Below, in pieces: positions 25,946-27,779 of a DNA stretch of 27,779 bases. Every line of letters begins with the position of its first letter. Within the stretch, counting starts at the first letter, position 1. The notes beneath the pieces were generated by a model. It saw only the letters and a program-made list of their open reading frames with translations, was not told where the DNA came from and did not search any database. The stretch spans positions 1 through 27,779 of the forward strand of contig JAQBVF010000036.1 of NCBI GenBank assembly GCA_027623675.1, read 5' to 3'. The position numbers were made by a program, and so were the translations under genes. Origin of the DNA: Chloroflexota bacterium (GTDB lineage: Bacteria > Chloroflexota > Dehalococcoidia > Lucifugimonadales > UBA3495).

Positions 25946-27393
25946 CTAACTAGATTCCACTCACCTGCCTTTACAGGCTCTCTTAGATTGAATAGAGGCA
26001 GGAATTCCACCTTCGGTTTGACCCCTACTATTCTTTCTCCTTTCATATCAACGTATACAGAGTCCAGCATCATCGTAAGCAGTTGATGTTGCTCGGCCTT
26101 AGTTGCTAACGGCCACGCTTGCACCAAGCCTTCAACATGATCTCCTAGACTAATTAACTTTGCTTCTTCGGGCTCCTGGACAGCCGCTAAGCTTGCCTGT
26201 GTTAGAGCCATTTCCTCTTGATATTGTGGCTGCCCAATGTGGCCTTCACGGAATTGGAATTTAATCCTATCTAGCTTCTGATCCAGCCGTCTCCGTTCTT
26301 TGGCAGCGTCCATCCAATTGTCCTCTGCATCAAGGAGATCAAGCACTAATTCCCTCCATGACGAGGGGAGCTGTAGTTCGCCAATCATCCGCGAGATAGG
26401 ATCATCAAACACCTCAGCCCGAAGGTATGCTTTTCCATTCGGACAGGGAATGCCGCGCAGAGAATTTTCCTCTCGGTAGTAATCATGTCCGCTGATGTGT
26501 TGAGCCCACAGTTTTTCACCGCAATGGACGCACCGCAACAAGCCTTTCAGCAAATACGTACGATACCGTTGAGCGAAGGTAGCCGGACCTTTGTAATGTT
26601 GCCGCCTAGTCGCCTGAACGCTGTCGAATAGTTCCTGTGTGACGATTGGACTATGCTTTCCAGGCAGTAACTCACTTTTGTACTTCACGTAACCGAGATA
26701 GAACGGGTTTCGGAGCATATCCGCAGCGGTGTCCTTGCTCCAAAGATAGTTTCTTCCTTTCCGGTCTCTCCGATGTACTCTTGGCCGAAAGTCAGTCTGA
26801 TTGAGCCAATTCGCAATGGATTGGAACGTGTGCTGTCCAGATCCATACATTTCAAAAACACGGCGAATTATTTCGCATTCGTCTTGGACTATACCTAAAG
26901 TGCCATCAGACGTTTTGGCGTAACCAAAGGGCACCGGCCCGTTCCATAGCCCTTTCTCAGCTCTTCGCTTCTTCGCATCGGTGACCTTGACCGATAGGTC
27001 AACGCTGTACCACTCCGCGATGACCTCGTTCATACCCTCAAGGATTACCGCTGCCGGGGTGCCGTCTTCAATCGGTTCAGTCACCGAAATTACTTTGACA
27101 CCGACTTCTCGGAGTAACTGCTTGTACATCGAAGCGTGCATACGATTGCGGGCGAATCGGTCACTACGGAGCACTAGCACCATATCGAAATTGTGCTGCT
27201 TAGCATCGGCAATCATGCGCTTGAATGCGGGACGATTATCAGTGCGGGCTGAAAAACCAGCATCGATATATTCCTCGACCACGTCCCAGGTTCGATCAAC
27301 GGCGTAACCTCTGGTGGTTGCTAGCTGGCCTTCAATACTATACCCGTCGATTTGATCCTCAGTGCTGACCCTGGCATACAGTGCTGCCCTCAT
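25888..27393 (-). CDS. Large serine recombinase (serine integrase)
   Basis: YARVSTEDQ, SDRFARN, GLWNGPVPFGY recombinase domain, LRNPFYLG, LKGLLRCVHCG Zn ribbon, coiled coil. Confidence 0.95.
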   Translation of the reverse strand: MRAALYARVSTEDQIDGYSIEGQLATTRGYAVDRTWDVVEEYIDAGFSARTDNRPAFKRMIADAKQHNFDMVLVLRSDRFARNRMHASMYKQLLREVGVKVISVTEPIEDGTPAAVILEGMNEVIAEWYSVDLSVKVTDAKKRRAEKGLWNGPVPFGYAKTSDGTLGIVQDECEIIRRVFEMYGSGQHTFQSIANWLNQTDFRPRVHRRDRKGRNYLWSKDTAADMLRNPFYLGYVKYKSELLPGKHSPIVTQELFDSVQATRRQHYKGPATFAQRYRTYLLKGLLRCVHCGEKLWAQHISGHDYYREENSLRGIPCPNGKAYLRAEVFDDPISRMIGELQLPSSWRELVLDLLDAEDNWMDAAKERRRLDQKLDRIKFQFREGHIGQPQYQEEMALTQASLAAVQEPEEAKLISLGDHVEGLVQAWPLATKAEQHQLLTMMLDSVYVDMKGERIVGVKPKVEFLPLFNLREPVKAGEWNLVSGDPDGIRTHDLRRDRPIC

Positions 27394-27617
27394 GATGCAC
27401 TCCTCTTGGTGTACTTCCGTTTGGTTCTGGGACGGCCCCTGTTCGGGTTGTAGGTCTTAGCGAACTCGGTCAGTTCTTCCCTGGAGATGAGCCAACGGTT
27501 GGCGATCTTCTCAGCCGATAGCGCCCCGCTGTAGATAAGTTTCTGGATCGAAAGAGGGTGGATTCCAAGTACAGCTGCGGCATCCGCACTGGATACAAGC
27601 GTGCTGGTCAGGTTCAT
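27390..27617 (-). CDS. Excisionase-like HTH protein with AT-hook-like tail (candidate directionality factor)
   Basis: DAAAVLGIHPLSIQKLIYSGALSAEKIANRWLI; RGRPR tail; ATGA overlap with the recombinase. Confidence 0.85.
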   Translation of the reverse strand: MNLTSTLVSSADAAAVLGIHPLSIQKLIYSGALSAEKIANRWLISREELTEFAKTYNPNRGRPRTKRKYTKRSAS

Positions 27618-27647
27618 GATTTAAATCCTATTTACAAGAATAATAGT

Positions 27648-27696
27648 ATTATAAATCAAACAAGAGCGGTTTGCAATTCAAAGTCTTGCAACCGCT
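27648..27696 (-). promoter_or_regulatory. sigma70 promoter for HTH-recombinase operon with overlapping inverted repeat
   Basis: Minus strand TTGCAA(27676-27671)-17 bp-TATAAT(27653-27648); inverted repeat AGCGGT-TTGCAA-N9-TTGCAA-CCGCT at 27665-27696. Confidence 0.75.
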
Positions 27697-27711
27697 AAAG
27701 ATTGATCGGAG

Positions 27712-27779
27712 ATGCCTCAGTTCCAGGCATTCTACGAAGGATTCGGCGACGAGTTCCTGTTGTTGGGCATCGATATCGG
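27712..27779 (+). CDS. Partial TlpA/redoxin-like fragment (runs off the window)
   Basis: (E)MPQFQAFYEGFGDEFLLLGIDIG resembles the segment that follows CxxC in TlpA-family proteins; only about 22 codons visible. Confidence 0.4.
   Translation, partial: MPQFQAFYEGFGDEFLLLGIDI

Larger units (their letters stand above)
25946..27779 (-). mobile_element. tRNA-Asp-integrated element (continues beyond the window)
   Basis: Large serine recombinase abutting the tRNA 3' end, coupled excisionase-like HTH, visibly more AT-rich than the preceding core genes. Confidence 0.8.

Overview
The window holds about 17 kb of host chromosome (8.6-25.9 kb) flanked by two integrated elements, each anchored at a tRNA 3' end and running off the window. 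The host is probably Chloroflexota (Dehalococcoidia/SAR202-like), inferred only from gene content. Left element (tRNA-Arg(TCT), minus strand): tyrosine integrase, a 309-aa HTH-like protein, a MerR-type excisionase, a structured ~360-nt spacer, two small genes missing from the ORF track (AbrB/MazE-type, 59 aa; Zn-ribbon, 47 aa), a 432-aa protein resembling a catalytically dead rolling-circle Rep, a coupled SWIM-finger/DinG helicase, then a GC-rich block with Zn-finger ORFs and an HTH-less serine resolvase. Core: two very large secreted multidomain proteins, a 16x9-bp VNTR, Ser/Thr kinase, PAC2 protein, PhnD-like protein, a frameshifted LLM monooxygenase, a two-component pair and an Ig-like lipoprotein. 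Right element (tRNA-Asp(GTC)): an excisionase-like HTH and a large serine recombinase whose C-terminus is encoded antisense inside the tRNA. The best candidate for an undescribed system is the left element's putative replication/control module (dead Rep-like protein, SWIM-DinG, ATGGAC repeats, antisense RNA). All family calls are by-eye motif recognition; no searches were run.
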